This document shows, one piece after another, positions 63,342 to 64,000 of a DNA stretch of 64,000 nucleotides. The notes beneath the pieces were generated by a model that was given only the letters and a program-made list of their open reading frames with translations, was not told the DNA's origin and did no database searches. The position numbers and the translations under genes are program-made. This DNA comes from Octopus bimaculoides. Lineage: Eukaryota. Each line of letters begins with the position of its first letter. The stretch's first letter is position 1. Location: the NCBI RefSeq assembly GCF_001194135.2, contig NC_068984.1:71503946-71567945 (forward strand), in the 5' to 3' direction.

Positions 63342-64000
63342 TACGCAATATATGTGAGATGCAATGTGCGTGTCTTGACTATTATTATACCATAAGTAGA
63401 TATGAACTGTTTTTTCTCCCAGATTTTTATGAATTTAAATAAATTATAATTTTGCGTAAATGGTCACATAATTTGATGCCCAGTGTAACATTAATGAGAG
63501 GCGAAGAAATTCCGTATAAAACTGTCATCACAATAAATATTTCAAATTTAGAGTAATTATTTGCAGACATTTTTATTTCTGTTTTTAAAACTTATTTGAT
63601 TGTCCATCCGCCAATCTCAATTTGTTTTATTCTACTTCTTTCATTCTGGAACGAAGAGATTCTGTCAAATCAGTGATTTAGATGCTTTTTTATACACATT
63701 TTTATAGCACTTATATTTTATAGCCATTTTACCGCAACGATTCATTATAAAATATTTAGAAATAATTAATTTAAACAACGAAAATTGTATTCATACACAT
63801 ATACAACTAGACAGTATTATTGAGATCTTTGATTTTTGCAATGAATTCCTTAAACTTAATTGTCTGCATTCATAAATTTCAAAGAAAAAATATTCAAATT
63901 TCTAGTGACCAGTATTCTCACGTATGATATTAATTGCGTATTATCAATAACAATTTATTTGAAGATCTGATTACACGTAGAGTGTATGTGTTCTGACAAA

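Overview
Repeat-saturated, AT-rich animal genomic DNA with about 13 assembly gaps, most flanked by (TA)n, (CA)n or (GA)n microsatellites. The SINE families resemble those I recall from Octopus, so a coleoid cephalopod source is likely (inference, no search run). I cannot identify an intact host protein-coding gene; only weak splice-signal candidates were found. The window is a graveyard of mobile elements, identified by manual translation: two CR1-like LINE copies (one with its RT deleted), HERO-like and R4-like RLE LINE 3' ends, RTE and CR1/L2-type fragments, two Penelope-like GIY-YIG remnants, three distinct mariners, a Helitron helicase end, a probable dead Harbinger transposase, several tRNA-derived SINE families and two fold-back MITEs. 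Most interesting: (1) a 311-bp tandem unit carrying a non-canonical tRNA-Thr(CGT)-like gene with its own T5 terminator, folded into an inversion (46547-47245); (2) a family of ORF1-only (HAL1/Tx1-like) retroelements, one apparently complete, poly(A)-tailed and inserted with a TSD into the A-box of a SINE; (3) minimal hammerhead-ribozyme-like motifs with a variant core; (4) a fold-back element with telomeric repeats in its centre; (5) a 3' tail shared between the CR1-like LINE and a SINE.
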